Origin: Pristiophorus japonicus
Lineage: Eukaryota
Length of the DNA: 64,000 nt
Direction: 5' to 3'
Assembly: GCF_044704955.1 (NCBI RefSeq)
Contig: NC_091989.1
Location: forward strand, 84,692,001 to 84,756,000
In this document: one piece after another, positions 1-12,910 of the stretch
Numbering within the stretch: the stretch's first letter is position 1
Layout: every line of letters starts with the position of its first letter
Position numbers and translations under genes: made by a program
Notes under the pieces: generated by a model
Database searches by the model: none
The model's input: the letters and a program-made list of their open reading frames with translations, nothing else
Told to the model about the DNA's origin: nothing

Positions 1-158
1 GACAGATTTTTGAGCAATAAGGAAGTAAAGGGTTATGGGGAGCAGGTAGGGACGTGGAACTGAGTCCTCAATCAGATCAGCCATGATCTTATTGAATGGC
101 GGAGCAGACTCGAGGGGCCAGATGGCCGACTCCTGCTCCTATTTCTAATGTTCTTATG
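1..158 (+). mobile_element. CR1 LINE 3' end
   Basis: End of ORF2 plus the 3' UTR GATCAGCCATGATCTTATTGAATGGCGGAGCAG...CTCCTGCTCCTATTTCT...TGTTCTTATG, seen at the end of other CR1 copies in the window. Confidence 0.85.
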
Positions 159-1129
159 ATGGCCCCTGTCCCTTTAATTATCGGGGTGGGGGTGGATGGC
201 CCCTGTGCCTTTAATAAACGTGGGGGGAGGTGGGGGCAGAGGGGTCAAGATGGCCCTGTCGCTTTAATTATCGTGGAGGATGGGAGAGGATGGCCCTTGC
301 CATTTTAATTATCTGGGGGCAGTGGTGGGAAGATGGCAACTGTCTCTTTCATCAGCACGGAGGGAAATGGCCCATGTCTCTTTATTTTACGGGGGAGGGG
401 GGGGGGGCGGAAATGAGAGCGGACGGCCCCTGTCCCTTTAATTAATGGGGGTGGGGATAGAAGAGAGAATGGCCCCTGTACCTTCAATTATACAGAGCGG
501 CGGAGGATGGCCTGTCACAATTATCGGGGGATCGGAGGGGGGGGGGAGATAGTGTCTGTCACTTTAATTATCGGGGGTGTGGAAAGGGAGATAGGATTGC
601 CCCTGCTCCTTTAATTATCGGTGGGGGGAGGATAGCCCGTGCCTTTAATTATCGTGGAAGAGGAAAGGATGACCCCTGCCCATTTAATTATCGGGGGGGA
701 AGATGGCGTCTGCCCCCTTAATTATTCAGAGGTGGCGGGATGGAGGGAGGTAAGAGGTCCCCTGTCCCTTTAATTACCGGGGGGGGGGGGGGGATAAGGA
801 TGACCCTGCCCCTTTAATTATCCGAGGTGCGGGTGTGGGAAAGTGGCCCACTGTCCCTTTAATTATTGGGACGAGTATGGTCTCTGTCCCTCTAATTGTC
901 CGCGGTGGGGGGAGGGGGGGGGGGGGAGAAGGCGGGGAGGGTGAAGGATGGCCCGTCTCTTTAATTACTGGGGGAAGGAGGATGGCGCCTGTCCCTTTAA
1001 TTAACGGGGGCAGGAGGGGGGGGGTGGCGGGGAGAGATAGCCCCTATCCCTTTAATTATCGAGCGGGGGTGGGAGATAGGATGGCCACTGTCATTTAAAT
1101 ATCGGAGGTGGAGGAGAATGGGGGAATGG

Positions 1130-1685
1130 ACATTAAATGGTAGAACACTAAAAAGTGCAGAGGAACAAAGGGACCTTGGAGTGCAGGTCTACAGAGCCCT
1201 GAAGGTAGCAGGCCAGGTAGATAAGGTGGTTTAGAAGGTATATGGAATGCTTACCTTTATTAGTCAAGGCATAGAATACAAGAGCAGGGAGGTTATGCTT
1301 GAACTGTATAACACACTGGTTAGGCCGCAGCTAAAGTACTGCGTGCAGTTCTGGTCACCACATTACAGGAAAGATGTGATTGCACTGGAGAGGGTGCAGA
1401 GGAGATTTACCTGGACTGGAGAATTTTGGCTATGAGGAAAGATTGGAGATGTTGGGTCTGTTTTCTTTGTAACAGAGGAGGCTGAGGTGAGACCTGATTG
1501 AGGTGTGTAAAATTATGAGGGGCCTGGATAGAGTGGATAGAAAGGACCTGTTTCCCGTGGCAGAGGGGTCAACAACCACGGAGCATAGACTTAATGCAAT
1601 TGGGGGGGGGGGCGGTGTATAGAGGAGATACAAGGGGACATTTCTTTCCCCACATGGTGGTGGGGATCTGCAACTCTTCTGATGG
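1130..1685 (+). mobile_element. CR1 LINE ORF2 C-terminal fragment
   Basis: ORF 1247-1435 encodes IEYKSREVMLELYNTLVRPQLKYCVQFWSPHYRKDVIALERVQRRFT, the CR1 ORF2 C-terminal signature. Confidence 0.9.
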
Positions 1686-2101
1686 GGCTATCTTCTCACC
1701 CTCCAAACCATGATTAAAGGGACTTGCCAATCCTCCACCACCCCGGATAATTAAAAGGGACAGGAGCCACCCTATCTCCCCCTGCCCCCTCCAGCTCCCC
1801 ATTAATTAAAGGGACAGGGACCATCCACTCCCGCTCCATCCCTGAAAAATAAAGGGACATGGGTCATTTGCCCTCCTGATAATTAAAGATAGAGGCTATC
1901 TTGACCCCTTTCCCCACACCCCCCCCCCACCCAGTGTAATTAAAGGGACAGGGGTTATCTTTTCTCTCTCCCCCCCCCCACACCTCAGGATAATTAAGGT
2001 GAAAGGCGCTATCCTTCCCCTCCACCCCCGGTTATTAAAGGAACGGGTGCCATCTCCACCCCCCCCCCCCACCCAATAATTAAAGGGACAGGTGCCATCC
2101 T

Positions 2102-2275
2102 CATAGAATCATAGAAATTTACAGCACGGAAAGAGGCCATTTCAGCCCATCGTGTCCGCACTGACCGACCAAGAGTTATCCAGCCGAATCCCACTTTCCA
2201 GCTCTTGGTCCATAGCCCTGTAAGTTACGGCACTTTAAATACACATCCAATTACTTTTAAATGTGGTGAGGCTTT
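2102..2275 (-). mobile_element. CR1 3' end, inverted relative to its body
   Basis: CATAGAATCATAGAAATTTACAGCACGG tail on the minus strand; same subfamily as 11417-12910. Confidence 0.8.
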
Positions 2276-2769
2276 CGGGGGGGGTGGGGGGGGTGCGGGT
2301 GGAGAGGAGTAGGAGGATGGCCCTGTCCCTTTAATTATCAGTGGGTGAAGGATAGCCCCTGTCCCTTTAATTCTATGGGGTGGGCAGTATGGCTCCTGTC
2401 CCTTTAATTATCATGGGGGAGTGGGGGAATGGGCCCTAACCCTTTAATTGTACAGGGTGGGGGAGGATTACCCGTGTCCCTTTAATTATTGGGATGAGTA
2501 TGGCCTCTGTCCCTTTAATTATCGGGAAGGTGCAGGAGGGCGGGGGGAGGGCGCATGGCCCCTGTCTCTTTAATTATCGTGGGGGGGGCAGGCGGGATGT
2601 GGGGGAAGAAGATAGCCTCTATCCCTTTAATTATCGAGGTTTGGGAGGATGGTCGCTTTAATTATCTGGCGGGGTGGGGAGGGGGAGAGCATGGCCCCTG
2701 CGCCTTTAATTTTTGAGCGGGGGTGGGAGATAGGATGGCCCCGTTCCTTTAGTTATCCGGCCGGGATGG

Positions 2770-3300
2770 GGGAATACACATTAAATGATAGGACACTAAA
2801 AAGTGCAGAGGAACAAAGGGACCTTGGGTGCAGGTCCACAGATCCCTGAAGGTAGCAGGCCACGTATATAAGGTGGTTAAGAAGGCATACGGAATATTTG
2901 CCTTTATTAGTCAAGGCATGGACGACAAGAGCAAGGAGGTTATGCTTGAACTGTATAACACACTGGTTAGGCTGTAGCTGGAGTACTGCGTGCAGTTCTG
3001 GTCACCACATTATAGGAAAGATGTGATTGCACTGGAAAGGGTGCAGAGGAGATTTACACAAATGTTGCCTGGACTGGAGAATTTTGGCTATGAGGAAAGA
3101 TTGGAGATGCTGGGTCTGTTTTCTTTGGAACAGAGGAGGCTGAGGGGAGACCTGATTGAGGTGTATAAAATTATGAGGGGCCTGGATAGAGTGGACAGGA
3201 AGGACCTGTTTCCCTTGGCAGAGGGGTCAGCAACCAGAAGATATGAGGAGATATTTTATTACCCACAGGGTGGTAAGGTTATGGAACTTTTCTGATGGGG
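2770..3300 (+). mobile_element. CR1 LINE ORF2 C-terminal fragment (duplicate of 1130-1685)
   Basis: ORF 2990-3295 QFWSPHYRKDVIALERVQRRFTQMLPGL...RRLRGDLIEVYKIM; has the same 3' junction as the first copy. Confidence 0.9.
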
Positions 3301-3484
3301 CTAGCGTCTCACCCCGCAAACCAGGATAATTAAAGGGGCCATCTCCTCCGATATTTAAAAAGGGACAGGTGCTATCCTCCTTCCCTCCAATAATTAAAGG
3401 GATGGGGCCATACTCATCCTCCTGCCCAACGCCCTGTCGATAATTAAAGGAACAGGGGCCAACACCACCCGCATTTTGGCGCAT

Positions 3485-3615
3485 TGTGTCCGCACTGGCT
3501 GACAGCACTGACTGACCAAGAGTTATCCAGCCGAATCCCACTTTCCAGCTCTTGGTCCGTAGCCCTGTAAGTTATGCACATCCAAGTACCTTTTAGATGT
3601 GGTGATGGTTTCTGC
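3485..3615 (-). mobile_element. CR1 3' end fragment (duplicate of 2102-2275)
   Basis: CTGACCAAGAGTTATCCAGCCGAATCCCACTTTCCAGCTCTTGGTCC is shared with ~2165-2210. Confidence 0.8.
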
Positions 3616-3859
3616 CAGGGGCGGGGAGGCGGCTGGAGGGAGGGAGGGAGAGTGCAAGAAGGCTGGTGTCTGCCCCCATTATTATCTGTGGGGGGGGGGG
3701 GGGGGGTGGGGGGAGAAAAAAAGAGAGGATTGCCCCTTGTCTCTTCAATTATAGGGGATCGGGGAGATAGGTGGCCCCTGTCCCTTTAATTACTGGGGGG
3801 AGGGAATCATGGCCTGAGCGACCAACAGCCGCATCCACAAAGCGACACTTCACTCACTG

Positions 3860-4100
3860 TGCTCGGCACTCTCCCATCCTGCAGGGGGGGGGGCAAGGGG
3901 AAGAGGTGAGCAGGGGAAGATGGGAGGGGGTGGGTGGGGAGGGGAGGGAGGAGAGAGAGATGAGGACCGGGGGGGGGGAAAGAGAGGGGGTGGCCGAGGG
4001 AGCCAGGGTGGGAGTGGGGAGGGAGGAGGGGGAGGGGAGGGGAGGGCCGGGGAGGAGGGTCGGGGAAGAGGAGAGAGGGGAGGGCCAGGGGAGAGGGGTC
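3860..4100. repeat. Purine/G-rich low-complexity tract
   Basis: Almost entirely G/A on the + strand; produces spurious Gly/Pro-rich ORFs. Confidence 0.85.
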
Positions 4101-4571
4101 CGAATGACTGCCCGCTTTCCATGTTGCATGCAATGAAATCAATCCAGTGAGGGCGGGGCTTCAGGCCTTGAATCAGATCAGCAGCTGCCGGCTGGCTGGC
4201 TCAGTCCCCAGTCGCTGCAGGAAAAGTGGCCGCTATTGAGACAGGAGCATGTATCCCCATCTTGGTACAGCGACGATGAAGGTGGTAGAGGTCATGGCGG
4301 AGGTGCGGCGTACATTATATGGCGGAGGAGCGGCGAATGAGGGTACGGGGCCCAGAAGAGCGGAGGGCGATATGTGTGTGCACTAGATCCGTGCAGCAGT
4401 GCAGATCCCCAGTCGTCCTGGTTAACCCTTGCCATTGGATAAAGACCTAGCTCTGTCAAGCCCGGGTGGTGGCTGATGTGCAACAGTTACCGCACGTTAA
4501 AAAAATCCATGCACCGGTGCATGCATCGACCATCTTGTGGAGCAGGAGCATGTATCCCCATTTTTGTACAG

Positions 4572-6290
4572 AGTTCAATGTTTTATAAAAGTTCATCATA
4601 ACTTCCTTGCTTTTGTACTCTATGCCTCTATTTATAAAGCCCAGTATCCCGTATACTTTTTTAACCGCTTTCTCAACCTGCCCTGCCATATTCAACGATT
4701 TGTGCACATATACCCCCAGGTCTCTCTGTTCCTGCACCGCCTTTAGAATTGTGCCCTTTACTTTATATTGCATCTCCCCGTTCTTGCTACCAAAATGTAT
4801 CACTTCGCACTTATTTGCATTAAATTTCATCTGCCACGTGTCCGCCCATTCCACCAGCCTATGTCTTCTTGAAGTCCATCACTCTGCCTCCAAGTCTTGG
4901 GTCATCTGCAAATTTTGAAATTGTGCCCTGTACACCAAAGTCTGAGTCATTAATATATATCAAGAAAAGCAGTGGTCCCAGTACCGAGCCCTGGGGAATA
5001 CCACTGTATACCTTTCCCCAGTCTGATAAACAACCGTTCACCACTACTCTGTCACTGAGCCAATTCCGTATCCATGCTGCCACTGTCCCTTTTATTCCAT
5101 GGGCTTCAACTTTGCTGCAACCCTGTTATGTGGCACTTTATCAAACGCCTTTTGGAAGCCCATGTACACCACATCAAGTGCAGTGCCCTCGTCAACAATC
5201 TCTGTTAGCTCACCAAAAAACTCTAGCAAGTTAAATTGCAAAGTGCTGCATTACAGAAGGACCTGGGGGTGCTTGTGCATGAAACACAAAAAGTTAGTAT
5301 GCAGGTACAGCAAGTAATCAGGAAGACAAATGGAATGTTGGCCTTTATTGCAAGGGGGATAGAGTATAAAAGCAGAGAAGTCCTGCTGCAACTGTGCAGG
5401 GTGTTGGTGAGGCCACACCTGGAGTACTGCGTACAATTTTGGTCTCCGTATTCAAGGAAGGATATAATTGCATTGGAGACTGTTCAGAGAAGGATCACTA
5501 GGTTGATTCCGGAGATGAGGGGGTTGACTTATGAAGATAGGTTGAGCGTATACTCATTGCAGTTCAGAAGAATGAGAGGTGATCTTATTGAAACATGTAA
5601 GATAATGAGGGGGCTCGACAAGGTTGATGCAGAGAGGATATTTCCACTCATAGGGAAAGCTAAAACTAGGGGACATAGTCTCAGAATAAGCGGCCGCCCA
5701 TTTAAAACTGAGATGAGGAGGAATTTCTTCTCAGAGGGTTGTAAATCTATGAAATTCTCTGCCCCAGAGACCTGTGAGGCTGGGTCATTGAATATATTTA
5801 AGGCGGAGATAGACAGATTTTTGAGTGATAAGGGAATAATGAGTTATTGGGAGCGAGCAGGGAAGTGGAGCTGAGCCCAAGATCAGATCAGCCATGATCT
5901 TATAGAATGGTGGAGTAGGCTCCAGGGGTAGGTGGCCTACTCCTGCGCCTATTTCTTATGTTCTTATGTAGTTAAGTTGAACACTATTTGCCTTTAACAA
6001 ATCCGTGCTCACTTTTCTTAATTAATCCACACTTGCCCAAGTGATTGTTAGTTTGGTGCCGGATTATCTTTTCTGAAAACTTCCCCACTACCAAGGTTAA
6101 ACTGACTGGCCTGCAGCTGATGGGTTTATCCTTACACCCCTTTTTGAACAAGGGTGTAACATTTGCAATTCTCCAGACCTCTGGCACCAGCCCCATGTCC
6201 AAGGAGGATTGAAAGATTATAGCCAGTACCTCTGCAATTTCCACCCTTATCTCCCTCCGAGGATGTATCCCATTGGTCCTGGTGACTTAG
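4572..6290 (-). mobile_element. Decayed CR1 RT region, interrupted by a + strand CR1 (5232-5968)
   Basis: Minus-strand ORFs with [43 protein letters not shown] and WRIANVTPLFKKG. Confidence 0.9.
5232..5968 (+). mobile_element. 5'-truncated CR1 LINE with 3' UTR
   Basis: ORF 5236-5874 is CR1 ORF2 C-terminus; tail TTCTTATGTTCTTATG. Confidence 0.92.
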
Positions 6291-7440
6291 GAATATAGGA
6301 AATAGGAGCAGGAGTAGGCCATTCGGCCCCTCAAGCTTGCTCCGCTATTCTATAAGGTCATGGCTGATCTGATCTTGGGCTCAGCTCCACTTCCCTGTCC
6401 ACTCCCCATAACCCCTTATTGTTTAAGAAACTGTCTATTTCTGTCTTAAATTTATTCCATGTCCCAGCTTCCACAGCTCTCTGAGGCAGCAAATTCCACA
6501 GATTTACAACCCTCGGGGAAGAAATTTCTCCCCTCTCAGTTTTAAAAGGGCTGCCCCTTATTCTAAGATCATGCACTCTAGTTCTTGTCCCTCCCATCAG
6601 TGGAAACATCCTCCCTGCATCCACCTTGTCAAGCCCCCTCACAATCTTATACATTTCGATAAGATCACCTCTCATTTTTCTGAATTCCAATGAATAGAGG
6701 CCCAACCTACTTAACCTTTCCTCATAAGTCAACCCCCTCATCCCCAGAATCAACCGAGTGAACCTTCTCTGAACTGCCTCCAAAGCAAGTACATCCTTTC
6801 GTAAATATGGAAACCGAAACTGCACACAGTTTTCCAGGTGTGGCCTCACCAATACCCTGTATAGCTGTAGCAAGATTTCTCTGCTTTTATACACCATCCC
6901 CTTTGCAATAAAGGCCAAGATTCCATTGGCCTTCCTGATCACTTGCTGTACATGTATACTATCCTTTTGTGTTTCATGCACAAGGACCCCCAGCTCCCGC
7001 TGTACTGCAGCACTTTGCAATCTTTCTCCATTTAAATAATAACTTGCTCTTTGATTTTTTTCTGCCAAAGTGTATGACCTCACACTTTCCAACATTATAC
7101 TCCATCTGCCAAATGTTTTCCCACTCACTTAGCCTGTTGCATTGCTTTTCCTCTCATCTTTGTATCATCAGCAAACTTGGCTACGTTACACTCAGTCCCT
7201 TATTCCAAGTTGTTACTATGGATTCTAAATGGGGTCCCATACTGATCCCTGCTGCACCGCACTAGTTACTGATCGCCAATCAGAGAATGAACCATTTATC
7301 CCGACTCTATTTTCTGTTAGTTAGCGAATCCTCTATCCATGCTAACATATTACCCCCAACCCAGTGAACTTTTATCTTGTGCAGTAACCTTTTCATGTGG
7401 CACCTTGTCAAATGCCTTCTGGAAGTCCAAATACACCACC
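6290..7440 (-). mobile_element. 5'-truncated CR1 LINE
   Basis: 256-aa ORF 6358-7128 is CR1 ORF2 C-terminus; VYLDFQKAFDKVPH near 7400; 3' UTR at 6290-6380. Confidence 0.92.
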
Positions 7441-7840
7441 ATCTTACGCTCCATCTCTTCCCTCATCCAGCGAGCTCTGGCTTTAGTTGCCCTACGTTTC
7501 CCCCTCGTGGGAATGTATCTCAACTGTACCCGAACCATCTCCTTTTTAAAGGCAGCCCATTGTTCGATTACATAGTTATGCCTGCCAATCTTTGATTCCA
7601 ATTTACCCGGGCTAGATCCATTCTCAACCCACTGAAACTGGCCTTCCACCAATTAAGTATGTTAACTCTAGATTGCTCCCAGTCTTTTTCCATAGCTGGT
7701 CTGAACTTTATGATACTGTGATCACTGTTCCCTCAATGTTCACCTACTGACAATTCCTCTACTTGACCCACCTCATTCCCCAGAACCAAATCCAGCAACA
7801 CCTGCTTCCTCGTTGGGCCGAAAACATTCTGATCAAGGAG
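7441..7840 (-). mobile_element. CR1 endonuclease/linker fragment
   Basis: EQWAAFKKEMVRVQLRYIP...ARWM linker; endonuclease-end sequence upstream on the minus strand. Confidence 0.75.
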
Positions 7841-7861
7841 CAAAGGTACTGATCAATATAA

Positions 7862-8008
7862 GCACTGGAATTCCCTCCCTAAACTTCCCTGCCTCTTTTT
7901 TTTCCTTTCAGACACTCCTTAAAACCTACCTCTTTGACCACCTACCCTAATCTCTCATGAGGCTCAGTGACAAATTTTGTTGAATAACATTCCTGTGAAG
8001 CGCCTTGG
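7862..8008 (+). mobile_element. L2-like LINE 3' tail fragment
   Basis: TGGAATTCCCTCCCTAAAC...CTCCTTAAAACCTACCTCTTTGACC...CCTGTGAAGCGCCTTGG resembles L2-clade 3' ends (recalled, not searched). Confidence 0.5.
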
Positions 8009-8009
8009 A

Positions 8010-10645
8010 ACAGAAGTTGTACTCCATGTCCGAATCAACGACATAAGGAGGAAGAGGTTTGAGGTCCTGCAATCAGAATTTAAGGAGCTAGGGACGAAGT
8101 TAAAAAGCAGGACTGCAAAGGTAGTAATCTCTGGATTACTCCCAGTGCCACACGATAGTGAGAGTAGAAATAGGAGGATATGGCAGGTTAATGCATGGCT
8201 AGACACATTGTGCAGGAGAGAGGGCTGCAGATTCCTGGGCCATTGGACCAGTTGTGTGGCAGAATGGACCTGTTCAAGATGGACGAGTTGCACTTGAACA
8301 GAGCTGGGACCAATATCCTCGCGGGCAGATTAACTAGTGCTGTGGGAGTGGGTTTAAACTAGTTCAGGAGAGGGTTGGCACAAAGATGTAGTATTAAAAA
8401 GTAGAAACAAGGTGTACAGAGGATTGGGAGAAATAGTTAGAGTTAGAAATAATACAGAAATAGGTGGGATCACAGAAAATACAAAGAGGACTAAGTTAGG
8501 TTTGGAGTGCATGTGTGTAAATGCACAAAGTCTGGTTAATAAGGTTGGTGAGCTGCAGGAGGAAATAGCCACATGGAAATATGATCCACTAGAACTAGAG
8601 GGCATGATCTTAGAATAAGGGCTGCCCACTTAGAACTGAGACGAGGAGAAATTTCTTCTCTCAGAGGATTGTGAATCTGTGGAATTCGCTGTCTCAGAGA
8701 GCTGTGGAAGCTGAGACAGTAAATAAATTTAAGACAGAAAGAGACAGTTTCTTAAACGATAAGGGGATAAGAGGTTATGGGGAGGGGTGGGGGGCGGCCG
8801 GGGAAGTGGAGTTGAGTCCATGATATCAGCCGTGATTTTATTGAATGGCGGAGCAGGCTCAAGGGGCCGTATGGCCTATTCCCGCTCCTATTTCTTATGT
8901 TCTTATGTTTTTATGATGTAGTGGCGATAACAGAGACCTGGATCAAAAAACTGAAAACTGCAGGATTGGATGCTTAATAGATAGGGAAGGAAAAAAAGGA
9001 GGGATAGCAGTTTTGGTTAAGGAAACTATTGCAATGCTAGAAAGAGAGAATGCCCTTGAGGAATCAAAGACAGAATCTATTTGGATAAGTTGAGACACAA
9101 TAAAGGAGGTTTAAGCTACGTTGTGCATTCCAAAGGCCAAATAGTGGGGAGGAGATAAAGGAGAAGATTTGCAAAGAAATTACTGAGAGGTGCAAGATAA
9201 TGATAATGGGAGACTTTCACTACCCAAACATTGAATGGGGCACATTGTATTAAGGGCAGAGTAGGAGGAATTTCTGAAATGTGTCCAGGAGAATTTCATT
9301 GATCTATATGTTTCCAGCCCTATGAGGAAGGAGGCATTGCTGGATCTGGTCCTGGAGAATGACATGGGTCAAATGGAGAATGTCACAGTTGCAGAGCATC
9401 TCGGGAACAGTGACGACAGTATTATAAAAATTAGATTCGTCATGGAGAAGGACAAGGAGCAATCTAGAATAAAAATACTTAACTGGAGGAGGGTTAATTT
9501 CAGCGAATTGAAGGGGGAATCTGGCCGGGTAAATTGTAAATCAAAGACTGGCAGGCAAAAAATGTAATGGAACAGTGGGTGGCCTTTTTCTGACGGGAGG
9601 GAGGTATACAATGGCATTCTCTAGGGTTCAGTACTAGAACCACTGCTGTTTTTGCTATACATTAATGACTTTGTCTTGTGCGTACAAAGCACAACTTCAA
9701 ATTTTGCAGGACATGAAATTTGAAAGTGTAATAAACAATGAGGAAGACAGTAATAAACTTCTTGAAGACATAGAGAGGTTGGTGGAATGGGTGGACACAC
9801 GACAGATAAAATTCAAAGCAGAGAAGTGTGAGGTAATACATTTTGGTAGGAAGAATGAGGAGAGACCATACACACTAAATGGTACAATTTTAAAGGGGGT
9901 GCAAGAACAGAGACACCTGGGGGTGCTTGTGCACAAATCTTTGACGGTGGCAGGTCAGATTAACAAAGCAGTTCATAAAGCATTTGGGATCCTGAGTTTT
10001 ATAAATAGAGGCATAGTATAAAAAGCCAGGAAGTTATACTAAACCTATTTAAAACATTTATTCAACCCCATCTGGAGTATTGCGTCCAATTCTGGGCACC
10101 ACACTTTAGATTAGTTATGGAGAAGGGTGTGGAGGCATTGGAGAGGGTACAGAAGAAATTTACTACATTGGTTCCAGGGATGAGGAAATACAGCTTCGTT
10201 GGTAGACTGGAGAAAAAAGACTTGGAATTATATAGCGCCTTTCATGACCACCGGACATCTCAAAGCGCTTTACAGCCAATGAAGTACTTTTGGAGCCTAG
10301 TCACTGTTGTAATGTGGGAAACGCGGCAGCCAATTTGCACACAGCAAGCTTAAACAAACAGCAATGTGATAATGACCAGATAATCTGTTTTTGTTTTGTT
10401 GATTGAGGGATAAATATTGGCCAGGACAGACACTGGGACTGTTCCCCTTGGAGCAGAGAAGATTAAGAGGAGATTTGATAGAGATGTTTAAAATCACGAA
10501 GGATTTTGAGTGTAAATAAAGAGAAATTGTTTCCAATGCCTGAAGAGTCGATAATCAAAGGGCACAGATTTAAGGCAATTCGCAAAAGAACCAGAGGCGA
10601 TATGAGGTAAACTTTTTTTAAACGGAACAAGTGGTTAGGATTTAA
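8010..10645 (+). mobile_element. Old decayed CR1 (ORF1 esterase-like end, endonuclease, RT) with nested CR1 3' piece (8586-8910) and SINE
   Basis: VVLHVRINDI...VVISGLLPVP (ORF1 SGNH-like), VNAQSLVNK, EALLDLVL, HLGNSD, KFKAEKCEVIHFG. Confidence 0.85.
10215..10428 (-). mobile_element. DeuSINE/SacSINE-type SINE 3' fragment inserted in CR1
   Basis: Reverse complement of the 3' part of the SINEs at 33157-33815 and 33957-34443 (GAAAGGCGCTATATAA...AAGTCTTT). Confidence 0.8.
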
Positions 10646-11105
10646 GAACATAAGAACCTAAGAAATAGGAGCAGGAGTAGGCCTTTTGGTCCCTCGAGCC
10701 TGCTCGGCCAGTCTATAAGATCATGGCTGATCTGATCTTGGATTCAGCTCCACTCCCCTGCCTGCTCCCCATAACACTTCAGCCCATACTCGTTCAAAAA
10801 TCTGTCTATCTCCACTGTAAATATATTCAGTGACCCAGCCTCCACAGCTCTCTGGGACAGAGAATTCCACAGATTTACCACCCTCAGGAAGAAATTCCTC
10901 ATCATCTCAGTTCTAAATGGACGACCCATTTATTCTGAAACTATGTCCCCTAGTTCTAGATTCCCCCATGAGGGCAAATTTTCTGCATCTACCTTGTCGA
11001 CCCCCCTCAGTATCTTATATGTTTCAATAAGATCACCTCTCATTCTTCTAAACTCCAATGAGTACAGGACCAACCTGCTCAACCTTACTTCATAAGTCAA
11101 CCCCT
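10645..11105 (-). mobile_element. CR1 3' fragment
   Basis: ORFs 10930-11163 and 10744-10929 (YSLEFRRMRGDLIETYKIL, RVVNLWNSL) plus 3' UTR. Confidence 0.9.
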
Positions 11106-11416
11106 TTATGTGCAATGCACTGCCCGATAGGATTGTGGATACAGATCCAATAGTAGCTTTCAAAAGGGATTTGCATTAAAAGTGAAGGAGAAAAAATTGC
11201 AGGAATAGGGGGAAAGAGCGGGGGAGTGGAACTAACTGGATTGTTCTTCAAAAGAATCGCTGGCTGAATGGCCTCCTTCTGTGCTGTACTGTTTGATGTT
11301 ACTACATTAAAACACTATGTAAATAAAAGTTGTTGTTATTTCTCTCTCTCTCCTTGTGCCAGACATCATCAGCACCTATCATTTCATTATCCCCTGTCCT
11401 CCACCCAATCACACCT

Positions 11417-12910
11417 CATAGAATCATAGAAATTTACAGCACGGAAGGAAGCCATTTCAGCCCAGCGTGTCCACGCCGGTCGACCAAGACCTATCCAGCC
11501 TAATCCCACTTTCCAGCTCTTGGTCCGTAGCCCTGTAGGTTCAAATGCACATCCAATTATTTTTTAAATGTGGTGAGGCTTTCTGCCTCTACAACCCTTT
11601 CAGGCAGCGAGTTCCAGACCCCCACCACCCTCTGGGTAAAGACATTTCCCCTCATCTCTCACTCTATACCGTTTTCCCAATTACTTTAAATCTATGCCCC
11701 CCTAGATGTTGACACCTCTGCTAAGTGAAATAGGTCCTTCCTATCCACTCTACCCAGGCCCCTCATAATTTTATACACCTCAATCAGGTCTCCACTCAGC
11801 CTCCTCCATTCCAAAGAAAACAGACCCAGCATCTCCAATCTTTCCTCATGATCAAAATTTTCCAGTCCAGGCAATATTCTTGTAAATCTCCTCTGCACTC
11901 TTTCCAGTGCACTCACATCTTTCCTGTAATGTGGTGACCGGAACTGCACACAATACTCCAGCTGTGAACTAACCAGTGTTTTATACAGTTCAAGCATAAC
12001 CTCCTTGCACTTGTATTCTAGGCCTCGACTAATAAAGGCAAGTATTCCATGTCTTCTTAACCACCTTATGTGCCTGGCCTGATACCTTCTGGGATCTGTG
12101 AACATGCACTCCAAGGTCCCTTTGTTCCTCTTCACTTTTCAGTGTCATACCATTTAATGTGTATTCCCTTGCCTTGTTAGACCTCCCAAATGCATTACCT
12201 CACACTTATCCAGATGGACTTCCATTTGCCACTGTTTTGCCCACCTGACCAGTACATAGATATCTTCCTGCAGTCTGCATTTTTCTTCTTCATTATCAAC
12301 CACACAGCCCATTTTAGTATCAGCTGCAAACTTCTTAATCATACCCCCAACATTCAAGTCATTCCACAAAAAGCAAGGGACCTAGTACTGAGCCCTGCGG
12401 AACCCCACTAGATACAGCCTTCCACTGACAAAAACACCCAACGACCATTACTCTTTGCTTCCTGCCAATTTTGGATCCAACTTGCCACTTTGACCTGGAT
12501 CCCATGGGCTTTTACTTTAGTGATCAGTCTGCCATGTGGGACCTTATCAAAAGCTTTGCTAAGATCCAAATACACTACATCCGTATGCATTACCCTCATC
12601 GACCCCCCTGGTTGCCTCCTCGAAAAATTCAATCACATTAGTCAGATACGGCCTTCCCTTAACAAATCCGTGCTGACTATCCTTGATTAATCCATGTCTT
12701 TCCAAATGAAGATTTATCCTGTCCCCTCAGGATTTTTTCCAATAATTTTCCCACCACCAAGGTTAGGCTGACTGGGCTGTAATTACTCGGTCTATCCCTT
12801 TCTCCCTTTTTAAGCAAAGGTACCACATTAGCAGTGCTCCAGTCCTCTAGCACCTCACCTGCAGCCAGAGAGGATTGGAAAACGCTGGTCAGAGCCTGAG
12901 CTATTACCTC
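11417..12910 (-). mobile_element. 5'-truncated decayed CR1
   Basis: DVVYLDLSKAFDKVPH, KKFAADTK, QLEYCVQF; tail CATAGAATCATAG. Confidence 0.9.

Larger units (their letters stand above)
155..3810. repeat. G-rich minisatellite (core GATGGCCCCTGTCCCTTTAATTATCGGGG), in blocks of both orientations interleaved with CR1 pieces
   Basis: Core is repeated with G-run spacers on + at ~155-1125, ~2280-2770 and ~3680-3810, and as the reverse complement (GATAATTAAAGGGACAGGG) at ~1700-2100 and ~3310-3470. Confidence 0.9.

Noticed and set aside
155-3810. CRISPR-like look: constant motif with variable spacers (also 42595-43380 and 32975-34770)
   Set aside because: Spacers are low-complexity G-runs of variable length, the repeats are degenerate, there are no cas genes and the context is vertebrate. 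These are minisatellites.
3771-4150. Gly/Glu/Arg- and Pro-rich ORFs on both strands
   Set aside because: Produced by a stop-poor G/A low-complexity tract.
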